Part shown: one piece after another, positions 23,870-24,000 of the stretch
Layout: each line of letters opens with the position of its first letter
Numbering within the stretch: the stretch's first letter is position 1
From: an uncultured Bacilli bacterium
Lineage (GTDB): Bacteria; Bacillota_I; Bacilli_A; ML615J-28; CAG-313
Assembly: GCA_934098295.1 (NCBI GenBank)
Contig: CAKONV010000001.1
Location: 247,261 to 271,260 of the forward strand
Direction: 5' to 3'
DNA: 24,000 bases
Program-made: the position numbers and the translations under genes
The notes under the pieces: model-generated
Told to the model about the DNA's origin: nothing
The model's database searches: none
Seen by the model: only the letters and a program-made list of their open reading frames with translations

Positions 23870-24000
<131 letters not shown>

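Overview
This is a very AT-rich, Firmicutes-like chromosomal segment read with the standard genetic code: TGA is used as a stop and the long ORFs are intact. I would guess Erysipelotrichia or Clostridia, but I cannot verify that. The centrepiece is a complete, apparently intact type II-A CRISPR-Cas locus on the minus strand. It runs cas9 (1383 aa), cas1, cas2, csn2, then a 24-repeat array (23 identical 36-nt repeats, one degenerate terminal repeat, 23 spacers). A divergently transcribed tracrRNA lies just upstream of cas9. An XRE-HTH / ImmA-IrrE (COG2856, HExxH) gene pair sits directly upstream of the tracrRNA and cas9, on the same strand as cas9. Beyond it are a truncated NUDIX-like fragment, an 88-aa orphan ORF, rmuC preceded by an odd promoter-then-terminator leader, a lone small serine recombinase, and two tandem DUF5684-like membrane genes. 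Downstream of the array is a T-box (probable Ile specifier) that controls brnQ plus an SDR gene. The rest is housekeeping or transport: two MATE exporters, two MarR regulators, a TauE/SafE permease, a DUF3793 protein, Nnr, a UgtP-like glycosyltransferase with a divergent PlsY-like protein, and a GltD-like C-terminus. I could not demonstrate a wholly new system from sequence alone. The leads most worth a second look are listed here. (1) The XRE/ImmA module appears physically and perhaps transcriptionally coupled to cas9 and the tracrRNA. (2) The CRISPR leader is unusually short (39 nt) and carries an inverted anti-repeat-like copy of the repeat. (3) Two spacers overlap as reverse complements. 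(4) rmuC has an attenuator-like leader. All product calls come from motifs recalled from memory, not from database searches.
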